DNA of 64,000 nt. Source: a virus (Duplodnaviria > Caudoviricetes). Positions within the stretch are counted from its first letter, which is position 1. Each line of letters begins with the position of its first letter. A program made the translations under genes and the position numbers. The DNA is taken from the IMG/VR virus record IMGVR_UViG_3300035696_000004, positions 32,001-96,000 of that record. One strand, given 5' to 3'. This document shows positions 9,970 through 19,853 of the stretch, piece after piece. The notes under the pieces were generated by a model. The model was given only the letters and a program-made list of their open reading frames with translations, had not been told where the DNA came from and did no database searches.

Positions 9970-10827
9970 TTACGACGTCGTGGTCGTATTGGAGATGTTC
10001 AGCAAGGGTTCACTTGCTCCGACATCCAGGATCAGTTCCAGACCCGTCGAAGCGTAGACGAGCGGGTACATGCAGTTAACGAACTCAATCACTTGCGCAG
10101 CGATGAGCTCATTGAAGTTGAACGTACTGGCACCACTACCCGATGCGCTGATGGTTTTGTCCACACCGGAGATCAGACCGATCTCCGAAATGATCGCGTA
10201 GTTGGTGTCACCATAGATGACATTGGCGGCATTCAGGAGTTCGGTAATGTCAAAGGCATCCAACGACAGATCCAGTTGACTCGTTACCTTGGCGAGCTGA
10301 CCCGTCGCCACGTTGACACCCGTGGCAGACAACTGCTTGGCGGTCGGGGACAGATTGGTGCTGTCCGGGGCGAATACGACATCCGTCGCTGTACCGTCCG
10401 ATGCTACCGTTTCGATCTGGATGACCGGTGCGATACTGGACGAATCCTGACGTTTCGCATAGTACGCTGCGTAAGCGATTCCGTTCCACTCTTCGATCCG
10501 GCGCAGAGCGTAGTTGGCTTGTTGAGCTGTGGTCAGATCGTTCGTCAGTTCACGAAGAACAAACGGGAGATGATGGAAACAGCACGGGTCGGTCGCTTCA
10601 TGTTGCAGCGGGGTGCTGATCGGAATGTTGTTGGTACCGACCGTGGTGGTATGGCCACCATTGCCGATGACCCAGCCTTTGAACTCCGGAACCGACGCCG
10701 GAACCACGCCGCCTTCGATAGCGAACTTTTCATTCAGGGTCGTGTAGGGAGTCAGTTGAAACGACCCGCCCAGGAGTTCAAGCGATTGCAGGTACGAACC
10801 GTATACGGTACGAGTGAGGTTTTGCAT
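9970..10827 (-). CDS. virion structural protein, phiKZ-like
   Basis: 285-aa ORF in the conserved cluster next to the portal; recalled family resemblance only. Confidence 0.6.
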   Translation of the reverse strand: MQNLTRTVYGSYLQSLELLGGSFQLTPYTTLNEKFAIEGGVVPASVPEFKGWVIGNGGHTTTVGTNNIPISTPLQHEATDPCCFHHLPFVLRELTNDLTTAQQANYALRRIEEWNGIAYAAYYAKRQDSSSIAPVIQIETVASDGTATDVVFAPDSTNLSPTAKQLSATGVNVATGQLAKVTSQLDLSLDAFDITELLNAANVIYGDTNYAIISEIGLISGVDKTISASGSGASTFNFNELIAAQVIEFVNCMYPLVYASTGLELILDVGASEPLLNISNTTTTS

Positions 10828-10900
10828 AATGCCGAATCTCTTTTAAATGAGTTAAAAAAGTGCTCCACAGAATGGGCGTATTAAGTGCGCTTTAGCTCAA

Positions 10901-13231
10901 CTATTCAGGGTCAACCTGAATGTTTTGCTGTACATTGGTAACGACACCTGTCGAACCACCGCCTGTCACGACGACAGGAGTGATATCACCACCAAAGATG
11001 AGATCGGATGTCTCGTGTTCTTCGACTCTCAGGTAAATCTCATTGCCATAAACATCCGGTACCGTGTAACGCTGAGCAGAGGTCAGGCTATTATAGATAT
11101 CGGATCCAAACACCTCGACTTCACCACGGGTATGGCTAGGTAGTGTGTTCTTGGAGATGATCCCTGTGAATCGAGTGTTGAGACGAACCGTTTGACGAAT
11201 AGCACGTTTCCCTAAAGAAATCAGAGATCCAACATCGATCTTCGTGTTCTCTTTCCAACTCCCCTTGACGGTGGCCGTATTGTAATTCCCGACGTCATAC
11301 GTGATCGAGTCTTTAAACTCAGCAGAGGTCCCTATTGCACGAACGCCCAGGTTATCGGCAACAATCGTGTTTTTGAGTTGGCCCGCTTGGTTACCGACTC
11401 GGAAGCACGCCCAATCACCCGATTTGATTTTGACCGTGTTGATGGTAGCGATAAACTGCACGCTATAGCTCGACAACTGCCGCATCAACTTGACCATGGC
11501 GGCTTGGATATCTGCTAGAGATACCGCCGTATTGAGTGATGACCCAGTGGCGTCCGCCAAGATGGTCTGATAGAGCGTTGCCATATCCGTGTTGGCAAAA
11601 TCGCTGATCACGATATCGCGTTCAGCAAACCAACGTGTATACGTCAGACCTACACCATCGGGTTCGCACACCGCATCCTGATAGAGTCGCGTTACCATGT
11701 TGTCCACATAGCCACGAACATCCTTGTGCTCCTGATACGCAACGTACTTACGTTGCGTATTCATTGCCGTGTAGACAGACTTACAGAACGAGTAAAACGC
11801 CGTGATGGAAATCTGTTTGCTCATCGCCGGCATCAAACCCAATAAGTACGTCGCTACACTGTTGTCTACCATCCCTGCCTTTGCCATCGACATGAGATCC
11901 GACGCAGAAGGAAGAGGGTGGCGTTGGATGCGCTGCGTGTAGACAGGTTGCACGATGTCCAGCGTGACGCCGTAAGCTTGCCAGTAAGCGTATTGAGCAA
12001 ACACAAACGCATCCGACATCGACAGAGGGATGCTTTCCCCCGTGGAAGGATTGGTAACATCCACAATGGCACTGTACAGTCCGTTCATCCCCATGTACGC
12101 CCAGTAGTACAGCAGAATGTCTGCCATCGTGTAGGGCGTACTGTCCGACGTGTCAATCATCGCCGATTCAAGGACTTTGGTCGGGAGACGATTCGACAAC
12201 GAATACTGCATCGCTTTCGTTATATCAGATTCGACATACGCTTGAACAGTCGCGTTCTGGGGGGCCGATTCATCCTCTTTGGTCAGTAATGTATCCAACG
12301 TGATCGTTTTGGCGGTGTTGGAGCTATACGCCGTATTGAGCGCTTCGTATTCAAATACGATACCGGGTTTGAGTGCCGCAGGCATGACGGAGGTATCGTG
12401 TTTCATCACGTATCGAGCCAGTGGCAAATTACGAGCCGTCATGACGTTCTCAACGAGCCAGTTAAACGTGCTCGTCATCCCACTGTGTCGGGTGATGTAG
12501 TCGATGTTCTTATAAAAGAAGAGCGATTGATCAAGCGTCAGTGCATCCAGGATGTCATCGCTGAAGTTTCGGCTTGCCAAATATTGACCGACATGGAAGC
12601 TGTGCGCCTCATTTGTTTTGCAAGCGGCTTTCCGAAGATTGATGATCGCTGGTACCAGAAAGATATACTGAAGACCCAGGTTCGATACCATGTTCAGATT
12701 GTCACTAATATTGTACTGGGTGTTTGTCCATCGCGTCCGATACGCAGTCACCCACTTCTGGAGGTTGCTAATCAGACTGTATTCATTACTCTCCACGAGA
12801 TCACTCGGATAGCCGAGAATCGTCCCGTCAACCGCATTGATCGCTGTCGTAATATCGACCGGGTATAGCACACCCAAGATCAACGATAGCTGAGTGGGGT
12901 ATTGACTCAGGAGTTCATTGAAATAGCGAGTGCCATACGCGTAGGCCCGCGCTGTCGCTGTATGAATCGCCAGGTTCGCCAGCGTGAAGTCAATGGTCTC
13001 TAGAGTGTCGAGGGACACGACAGTCATCATGGTGTCGAGGGAGTGATACAACCCCGCGAGGTTCATGTAGTAACGCCACGTCGTAGGATCAGCTGTGTTG
13101 ACACCGGTTGACGGATAATACGTCGTGATGTAGGAATTAATGGCGTCACACTCGAACTGGGACTTAATTCGAATTGTGCTTGCTAGTTGTATGACGCTAT
13201 TGAGGTATATTCCGTATTTATTAGAACTCAT
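10901..13231 (-). CDS. virion structural (baseplate-type) protein, phiKZ gp128-like position
   Basis: 776-aa ORF divergent from the portal; synteny with phiKZ-like genomes. Confidence 0.6.
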   Translation of the reverse strand: MSSNKYGIYLNSVIQLASTIRIKSQFECDAINSYITTYYPSTGVNTADPTTWRYYMNLAGLYHSLDTMMTVVSLDTLETIDFTLANLAIHTATARAYAYGTRYFNELLSQYPTQLSLILGVLYPVDITTAINAVDGTILGYPSDLVESNEYSLISNLQKWVTAYRTRWTNTQYNISDNLNMVSNLGLQYIFLVPAIINLRKAACKTNEAHSFHVGQYLASRNFSDDILDALTLDQSLFFYKNIDYITRHSGMTSTFNWLVENVMTARNLPLARYVMKHDTSVMPAALKPGIVFEYEALNTAYSSNTAKTITLDTLLTKEDESAPQNATVQAYVESDITKAMQYSLSNRLPTKVLESAMIDTSDSTPYTMADILLYYWAYMGMNGLYSAIVDVTNPSTGESIPLSMSDAFVFAQYAYWQAYGVTLDIVQPVYTQRIQRHPLPSASDLMSMAKAGMVDNSVATYLLGLMPAMSKQISITAFYSFCKSVYTAMNTQRKYVAYQEHKDVRGYVDNMVTRLYQDAVCEPDGVGLTYTRWFAERDIVISDFANTDMATLYQTILADATGSSLNTAVSLADIQAAMVKLMRQLSSYSVQFIATINTVKIKSGDWACFRVGNQAGQLKNTIVADNLGVRAIGTSAEFKDSITYDVGNYNTATVKGSWKENTKIDVGSLISLGKRAIRQTVRLNTRFTGIISKNTLPSHTRGEVEVFGSDIYNSLTSAQRYTVPDVYGNEIYLRVEEHETSDLIFGGDITPVVVTGGGSTGVVTNVQQNIQVDPE

Positions 13232-13270
13232 TTGACCGAGTCTCCCATTTGATAACGAGGTGCTTTTAAC

Positions 13271-16129
13271 ATGGCAAAGGATAATTTTGACACTATTCTG
13301 CGAGCCGCAGGGTCTGGGAAAACATTCCCTGCCTTAGGGATCGTGAAAGCCGACGCAGGTATGGTTGCGTTGATGAGCAAGATGGTTCCGTCGAAACGCC
13401 CTTCCTTTTATGGAAAGGACGGTAACCGAGCACCGGAACCTCCGGACTTGGGCCAAATGCGTCAAACGGCAGACCGGATTGCGCAGAATACGTCAGATAC
13501 CCAGACGATCATGCAGATGCTGCCAGACACAGAGTTGTCTGCACAGATTCTGATCAGTTCTATTCTGGCTCCAAAGGATCTCGAAACGACCGAACTGACG
13601 TTTACGGGACCTGAAGGTATTGTTCCGCCTGACGTCGCAGCGGGCGTCACAGCAGCGCTCAAATTGTTCTTTGAGCAAGACTATAAAATTAAGGCCGAGC
13701 TGCCAAAAATCCTCAGGGATGTCTTGTTCGATACCGGTAGCTATGCGGAAGCTATCATTCCTGAGAACGCCATTGACGAAGTGATCAACGGCGAGCAGCA
13801 TCTCTCGTTGGAGAGTTTGGGGATGGAGTTTACCCGAGAAGGCCATATCCGGAACAAAGGATTACTCGGGCCTGTTTTTAATTCTACGCCCACACCGGTA
13901 CAACGTCGTTCCGCATTAGCTCTGGAATCGCTGAGTTATAAACGCGATCCGGGAACAATCGATTCCAATGTGACGCTGGAAGCCGTCTTCGGGAAGCCGG
14001 TTGAGACAGGGATCACCGTCACGGACAACTACAATGTCCTGAAGATCCCAAAGATACAAGACCGTGTGCGAGGACAGCAAGTAGCCTCCAGGATCGGCTC
14101 TCCCGCAATGGAGTCATTGCATGGAATGACGGATAGAAAGCTCTCTAGCCTCATTTACAAGCCGGGAAACACCCATTACAAGCCAATTGTGAGCTTGAAG
14201 ACGCAGGAACAACTGCAACGTAAGACCGTGGGCAATCCGCTACTCCTGCATCTGCCGTCTGAATCTGTATTACCGGTCTATGTCCCAGGGTCTCCTGAGA
14301 ACCATGTCGGGTATTACGTGCTCCTGGATCCCGAAGGGCACCCGCTGAACAAAACGAAGGATATCGATTACTATACGCAACTCGGTAATCGGATGAATTC
14401 GACCGGATCGTTCTCGTCGGCGCTTCTGACCAAGATGCGTACCGATATGGGCGGCTTTGATTTCAGGAATAGCGACCATCTCGATTATAGCGTCAGAGCG
14501 TATGGCGAAATGATCGAACAAGACTTCTTGGCTCGTCTTCGGAATGGCGTATATGGAAACGGCGTAGCCCTTGCCAAACGGGAAGAGTTCTACCGCATCA
14601 TGTTTGCCCGGACGTTGTCCCAGCAAAACACACAGGTGCTGTTTGTTCCTGTGGAATTGATGACGTACTTTGCGCTGCGCTATGCTGATGATGGTACGGG
14701 TCGGTCCTTGATGGACGGTATGAAGATCCTGAACTCGATTCGGTGTATTCTGACGTTTGCCAACACCATGACGGCGCTCAAGAACTCCATCGGTCGGACA
14801 GCGGTGAACCTCAAGTTGGATGAGGATGATCCGGATCCACAAAAGACGATCGAACGGATGATTCACGAGTTCCTGAGGACCCGTGAGCAGTCCCTGCCTA
14901 TCGGGATGAGCAATCCGTCGGACATCGCCGACTGGATGGGTCGTGCAGGCTTCGAATTCACCTTCGAAGGCCACCCGGGACTTCCTGATGTGAAGATGGA
15001 CATCAGTGAGAAATCGTCAGCCTACCCGAAGGTCGACACCGATCTGGAAGAGCTCTATCGGAAACGCGCAATCATGTCTGTGGGTCTTTCCCCTGATTCG
15101 GTTGACGCTACCTTCCAACCCGAGTTTGCTACGAGCGTGGTTGCAAATAACCTGCTCTTGGCAAAGCGTGTCGTCCAGATTCAGGATGAGTTCACCCCTA
15201 TCCTGAATAAGCACTTGCGTAAGATCGCCATGAACTCTGAGCACATCGTGAAGAAGATCAAGGATATCTTGACCGACAACATCGATGCCATCGTTGCCAG
15301 GGCGAAACGTAAGGGCGAGCTGGAAGACAAGGATTACTCGGGTGATGAGAATCAAGCAGCCCGCGAATACGTGATCCATCGTTTGCTACATGAGTTCATC
15401 GAGAACTTCGAAGTATCGTTGCCGAAACCCAACTCGGTGACTCTGGAAAACCAACTCACAGGTCTCCAGAAGTACAGCGAAGCCTTGGATGCCGTTCTGC
15501 CGTCCTACATCAGCACGGACTTTCTCAATAGCGATACGATTGGGGATCTGTCCAACCACGTGGATGCCATTCGTGGTGTCGTGAAAGCGTACTACATCCG
15601 GAAGTATCTCTCCGAAAATGGGATGCTTCTGGAGTTGAACGAACTCATCACGAACGACGAAGAAGGTAAGCCGGTTGTCAACATCTACAATGAGACAGCC
15701 AATCATGTCAACTCCTTGATGGCGTCGCTCTCGTATTGGATGGATAGTGTCCAAATCACGAAGCAAGCTGCCAACAAGGCTGAGCATGCTCGAACTGAAA
15801 CGGACGGTGGCGAAGGCGGTGCTGAGGTTACGACAACCGATACGACCGGTGGTGGTACCACGGGTTCGGACACGGGTAATGACAACGATGACTTCGGCAA
15901 TGACTTTGGTGACGACTTCGGGGACATGGGCAATGATCTGGGCGGTGATGAAGGTGGCGGCCCTAACGATGGTCTGGGTGGCACTACGGGGCCTGCAAGT
16001 AGCGGAGAAAATGAAACACCGGAAAAGACACCGGAAGCTTCCGCTAACACAGAAAAACCCACTCCCGAGAAGGAAGAAGAGGGAGAACCCGAAGATAAGG
16101 GCAACACTGAAGAGAAACCCAAGCCATAA
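13271..16129 (+). CDS. probable portal protein (phiKZ gp129-like)
   Basis: 952-aa ORF; multiple S/A-x-E protease motifs (SLE, ALE, AME); acidic low-complexity C-tail; size and synteny match the phiKZ portal as recalled. Confidence 0.65.
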   Translation: MAKDNFDTILRAAGSGKTFPALGIVKADAGMVALMSKMVPSKRPSFYGKDGNRAPEPPDLGQMRQTADRIAQNTSDTQTIMQMLPDTELSAQILISSILAPKDLETTELTFTGPEGIVPPDVAAGVTAALKLFFEQDYKIKAELPKILRDVLFDTGSYAEAIIPENAIDEVINGEQHLSLESLGMEFTREGHIRNKGLLGPVFNSTPTPVQRRSALALESLSYKRDPGTIDSNVTLEAVFGKPVETGITVTDNYNVLKIPKIQDRVRGQQVASRIGSPAMESLHGMTDRKLSSLIYKPGNTHYKPIVSLKTQEQLQRKTVGNPLLLHLPSESVLPVYVPGSPENHVGYYVLLDPEGHPLNKTKDIDYYTQLGNRMNSTGSFSSALLTKMRTDMGGFDFRNSDHLDYSVRAYGEMIEQDFLARLRNGVYGNGVALAKREEFYRIMFARTLSQQNTQVLFVPVELMTYFALRYADDGTGRSLMDGMKILNSIRCILTFANTMTALKNSIGRTAVNLKLDEDDPDPQKTIERMIHEFLRTREQSLPIGMSNPSDIADWMGRAGFEFTFEGHPGLPDVKMDISEKSSAYPKVDTDLEELYRKRAIMSVGLSPDSVDATFQPEFATSVVANNLLLAKRVVQIQDEFTPILNKHLRKIAMNSEHIVKKIKDILTDNIDAIVARAKRKGELEDKDYSGDENQAAREYVIHRLLHEFIENFEVSLPKPNSVTLENQLTGLQKYSEALDAVLPSYISTDFLNSDTIGDLSNHVDAIRGVVKAYYIRKYLSENGMLLELNELITNDEEGKPVVNIYNETANHVNSLMASLSYWMDSVQITKQAANKAEHARTETDGGEGGAEVTTTDTTGGGTTGSDTGNDNDDFGNDFGDDFGDMGNDLGGDEGGGPNDGLGGTTGPASSGENETPEKTPEASANTEKPTPEKEEEGEPEDKGNTEEKPKP
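15880..15960 (+). repeat. short intragenic repeat encoding (N/D)DFG units
   Basis: NDDFGNDFGDDFGDMGNDLGGD in the portal C-tail. Confidence 0.55.
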
Positions 16130-16164
16130 TCTCGAGTAGGAACCAAAAAAAAAAGAGTGAGGTG

Positions 16165-16199
16165 CATAGACCCCCGGAGCATTGCTCCGGGGGTCTATG
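16165..16199. terminator. bidirectional hairpin between convergent genes
   Basis: Perfect 16-bp stem CATAGACCCCCGGAGC / GCTCCGGGGGTCTATG. Confidence 0.8.
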
Positions 16200-16202
16200 A
16201 TG

Positions 16203-16559
16203 TCAGCTGGGTACGCCGATTTCTTCAAGCAACATGTGGGAGTGTTGGCAGAGATGGAGTTGTTTCCAGGTATCCTTTTCGGTATGCTTGACCACGACAC
16301 GACCGTGATTGTCAAGGGAAACATCTAGCAAGACCGTCCGCGACTTAATGGCGCAGGCTGTCGTTAAAAAGGTTTTGATGAGTTCGGGTAGGTTGCTGGG
16401 TATTTTGGTGAGTTCCTTTTCGTACACGATCTCTCGATATAAGAAAGGTAAGGCATAGGTGTGATTTTTGTCATCCCATGCCACGAATGGAGTGGGTGAT
16501 TCGGGGTCAAACTGTATTCGCACGAGGTCATCTTCGTGCCCATAGATGAGGGCGGGCAT
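16203..16559 (-). CDS. hypothetical protein
   Basis: 118-aa ORF with upstream AAAGAAAG; ends at the hairpin. Confidence 0.65.
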   Translation of the reverse strand: MPALIYGHEDDLVRIQFDPESPTPFVAWDDKNHTYALPFLYREIVYEKELTKIPSNLPELIKTFLTTACAIKSRTVLLDVSLDNHGRVVVKHTEKDTWKQLHLCQHSHMLLEEIGVPS

Positions 16560-16623
16560 TGTTAGGCTTTCTTTTTGAGGAGGGACGTATCCATATCATT
16601 CGTCTGGTGCCCTGGATCAATCC

Positions 16624-17115
16624 TCAGCCGTTGCCATTTTGTTGTTGTTTCTTTTTCTTTTGTCGAGCGTAGTATTCTTTCCAGGCCCGTTTCCCACATT
16701 CCCGACACTGTCGCTGACCGAAACGATTGGGTTCTTCAGGGAGTCGATGACCTCGCTTGCAGAACTCTTTCTGGCCTCTGACGTCTCGTGCGGCCTTTAA
16801 CCAGGAGTTCGGTTTATCCCAGCGAATATTCCCCGATGAATAAGGAGCCGTTTCATCAATTTTCCGTACGACCTCGCTCTTAAGCGGAGGACGAACAAAA
16901 ACCGTCAGGACTGTTCTCCAAATATACAAAGTGTGACGTTTTGCTTGGTGATGCAGTGAGAATGTTTCGACTTTCCCCACTACAATGGGTGCAAGGAACT
17001 TTCCCGCCAGCCTCCGACCTCGTGAATCAAGTCGTGGTAATGACCTCGCTCGTCCCAAATTGGAGATCTCGTAGGCGCCTTCGTACCCAGGGATAGGTCT
17101 CCAGACCTCAGTCAT
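16624..17115 (-). CDS. NUMOD4 domain protein with degenerate HNH and a CKRGH/CxxC motif
   Basis: EVWRPIPGYEGAYEISNLGRARS is NUMOD4; start re-assigned to ATG 17115. Confidence 0.75.
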   Translation of the reverse strand: MTEVWRPIPGYEGAYEISNLGRARSLPRLDSRGRRLAGKFLAPIVVGKVETFSLHHQAKRHTLYIWRTVLTVFVRPPLKSEVVRKIDETAPYSSGNIRWDKPNSWLKAARDVRGQKEFCKRGHRLPEEPNRFGQRQCRECGKRAWKEYYARQKKKKQQQNGNG

Positions 17116-17356
17116 AAAGAACCGCCCATTCATCAAGTGCGGCATCGCAATCGCAATCTGGGCAGATGGAACCGATCGTCTCAGGGTGCAAGTCCGTCCC
17201 ACAAGTCGTACATTGGCGACGCGCCTGATTTGTTGCCAACACATCGGTTTCCGTCGTTGTAGCGACCACATCAAATTCGATAGGGGTCGACGCTGCTTCT
17301 TCGAGCTCTTTGAACAACTCGATTTCTTTGTCGATGTAATCGAACGGGACTTTCAT
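17108..17356 (-). CDS. small zinc-ribbon protein
   Basis: CTTCG...CPDC motifs; RBS AAGGA; stop overlaps the next start region. Confidence 0.65.
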   Translation of the reverse strand: MKVPFDYIDKEIELFKELEEAASTPIEFDVVATTTETDVLATNQARRQCTTCGTDLHPETIGSICPDCDCDAALDEWAVLYD

Positions 17357-17370
17357 TTCTCATTCCTTTA

Positions 17371-17838
17371 TTAACGGAAAATTGCAATCCCTGTACCGGC
17401 CACACGAGCAAACGCCTGCCAGAGAGAATCATAGACCTGCGGATTGATGGCTGTTTGGATCAACTGAGCCCGGCAGATTTCAAAGTCACCCGCGAGCTTC
17501 GAGCATGTTTGAGGGCCGATAAAGCCTTCACAGTCCGTGAAATGAATCAACTCCCGAAAGAGAGTGTCATCGTGATTCAGCAAGGCGATGTCAGAGAGCT
17601 GTCGCCGAAAGTGACGGTAATAGACCCCATTATACGACAAATTCACAGGATCCACTTTTTTGCAGATCAGTTTCTGGGGAAGGCCGTCACCGTGACCGAT
17701 GTACTCGGGGTCATTAATCGCTTGAGTCCACGTATCTTCATCGAGGAGGTCGCCGTTTTCATCGAGAAGTACGGCTTCATTCTCGGGACGAACCAATGTC
17801 TTGTAAAAAGTAATCAGCAAACTCATGGGTTCCTCCAA
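17371..17838 (-). CDS. hypothetical protein
   Basis: 155-aa ORF, likely start MSLL after GGAGG; contains an HF.DCEG motif. Confidence 0.7.
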   Translation of the reverse strand: MEEPMSLLITFYKTLVRPENEAVLLDENGDLLDEDTWTQAINDPEYIGHGDGLPQKLICKKVDPVNLSYNGVYYRHFRRQLSDIALLNHDDTLFRELIHFTDCEGFIGPQTCSKLAGDFEICRAQLIQTAINPQVYDSLWQAFARVAGTGIAIFR

Positions 17839-17850
17839 ATGAAATAAAGA

Positions 17851-17868
17851 CCGGGCCCGAAGGCCCGG
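17851..17868 (-). terminator. hairpin
   Basis: CCGGGCC-CGAA-GGCCCGG (UUCG loop on the minus strand). Confidence 0.6.
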
Positions 17869-17877
17869 CCGTTTCGT

Positions 17878-19812
17878 TTAGTTCACGATACGAATCAGAT
17901 ACGATTCTTCGTTCACGAACCCTTGGCAGATCTCGAGCGTGATGTTGTCACGCGTCCGGATGAAGTGGCGTTCGAAGTCCCACAGCTTTTCCTTCTTCAT
18001 GATCGCCGTCACCAGATCAATCAGACCGTTCGTGAATTCATGAGTCACCAGCGACCCAATCTCACGATCCGTTTCGACTTCGAAGTCATTGAAGTAGCTG
18101 TCCACGAAAGTCATGGAGTACTTCGACGGCATCGGAGCGAACAGGAGGTCCGACGCGACCACCGCTTCTTCCGACCCCAGCAACGCCACGTTCAGCGCCT
18201 TCAGATCGATGTCGATCTTCGGGATTGCGCCACGGATCAGCGTCTTCTCGTTCATGCTGAGACATTCGCTGAACATCTTGCCGTAGTTTTCACGCAGATA
18301 TTCTTGCAGATCGGCGTAGTCTTCGATGAACGATTCCAGATGAACCTCGCGACTCGCGATGCACATCCGGTTTTCCAGTGCCCGGTTGAAGACATCCGTC
18401 AGGCGCTTGTTCGTTGCCGCTTGGATTTCAATCGGAACGTTCTCATCGCTCATGAAGTTGATGATGTCTGCGATCGTTTCTTCCGGGTGTGCCCACTTCA
18501 GATCATCGATTGCAATACCGCGGACCAGAACCGGATTGCTGACGGTAGCCGTCGCACGGAAGGCACGGATATCGATCAGATCGTTGTCCGCGCACGCTGC
18601 CCTCACTTTCGCCCATTCAGCAGCGGCCTTGACCCAGGCATCATCCAGCGTGGTCGAGGTGATGTCACCCGGCAGATGATCGAGATGAAGTTTCACCTTC
18701 TTCTCTTCCGGGATCTTTTCGATCATCGTCTTTTGGTCCGTGACGATGTCCGACAGGCGTACGGCTTGTTTGGCCAGCTCGTATGCGTTCACGCCAGTGT
18801 GATCAACAGGGACAGCCGTCCCACGCCAGTTCGGGATCTTGTGTTTCGTCGGGTCCACTTCCATGCCTTCCCGGTCAATCAGTTGTTGGATGCCATCAGC
18901 GTTGCGTACCACACGACTTTGCCAGAGCGTCGCGTTCCATGCACGCCAGAACGGCTGCAACACGGTCGGTTTCCAGTCGATAGGCTTCAGGACTTCGAAT
19001 TGAGTGTTCACTGTTTCCCTTTCTTCCTGCTGATCGACGGCTCGATCGCTTTGACGAGCTTCGTAACGGCTCGGCGCCCTGGCGGGCTTCGATGTCGCAC
19101 GACTCGTGTTACCGATGAAGGATTGCTCGCCTACAGCCACACGACGTTGAGGAGCATTTCCGGACTGTTGATTCGCCAAGCTCGAACCGAACCGGCCGTT
19201 TCCTTGCTGTTGCGATCCGACCACCGGAGCACCTTGGCGACCTCCGTATCGGGAGTTCACAGGCGGCGGCGCACCGCGACCACCGCGTACCTGTGCCCGA
19301 CTTGTTTGGAAGGCTTCCTGAATCGTGATCGGATTTCGACGATAGCGATCAAGTTCGCTCATCACGCGTTGCATCGAGTCGATGGCGTTCGTGACAGGCC
19401 CCCGAACAGACGGATGGCACCAGTTCAACAACTCCGGATCTTCAGCGGCGCAGATCGCACCGTGCATGGAGACCGCGTCGTCCACCAGGACATCAGCGGC
19501 TTCTTCCACGTTCCGGAATCGGCCATCGATAATCCCCATGGCGATCATGTCGATCGTGTCTTGGAGAAGATAGGTGAAGTCCTGGTTGTAGAAGCCGTTG
19601 ACGGCGTAGCGGTTGAACATATAGATACGAACTTCGCTCGGACTCGGACCAAAGGCCTGATCCTGGATCTCGAGTGCGCAACCCGCCGCAATCGCATCGA
19701 CGTATCGCAGAACTTCGGGATCCCCTTCGACCTGGAAGTACCGGGGCGGTCGATCAACGGAGATGTCCATTTGATTGTACATCAGTCTGTCGATAGGGTA
19801 ACGTGTTTCCAT
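17878..19812 (-). CDS. conserved phiKZ-like hypothetical protein downstream of the nvRNAP subunit
   Basis: 644-aa ORF with strong codon bias and a central G/Q/R-rich linker; synteny. Confidence 0.75.
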   Translation of the reverse strand: METRYPIDRLMYNQMDISVDRPPRYFQVEGDPEVLRYVDAIAAGCALEIQDQAFGPSPSEVRIYMFNRYAVNGFYNQDFTYLLQDTIDMIAMGIIDGRFRNVEEAADVLVDDAVSMHGAICAAEDPELLNWCHPSVRGPVTNAIDSMQRVMSELDRYRRNPITIQEAFQTSRAQVRGGRGAPPPVNSRYGGRQGAPVVGSQQQGNGRFGSSLANQQSGNAPQRRVAVGEQSFIGNTSRATSKPARAPSRYEARQSDRAVDQQEERETVNTQFEVLKPIDWKPTVLQPFWRAWNATLWQSRVVRNADGIQQLIDREGMEVDPTKHKIPNWRGTAVPVDHTGVNAYELAKQAVRLSDIVTDQKTMIEKIPEEKKVKLHLDHLPGDITSTTLDDAWVKAAAEWAKVRAACADNDLIDIRAFRATATVSNPVLVRGIAIDDLKWAHPEETIADIINFMSDENVPIEIQAATNKRLTDVFNRALENRMCIASREVHLESFIEDYADLQEYLRENYGKMFSECLSMNEKTLIRGAIPKIDIDLKALNVALLGSEEAVVASDLLFAPMPSKYSMTFVDSYFNDFEVETDREIGSLVTHEFTNGLIDLVTAIMKKEKLWDFERHFIRTRDNITLEICQGFVNEESYLIRIVN

Positions 19813-19853
19813 GGATTTCCCTTTTTACTTTGTTAGTGGCACGCCTGCCAGTA

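Noticed and set aside
9940-10884. 314-aa plus-strand ORF
   Set aside because: Shadow of the 9970-10827 structural gene
17923-19836. 637-aa plus-strand ORF
   Set aside because: Antisense shadow of the 17878-19812 gene
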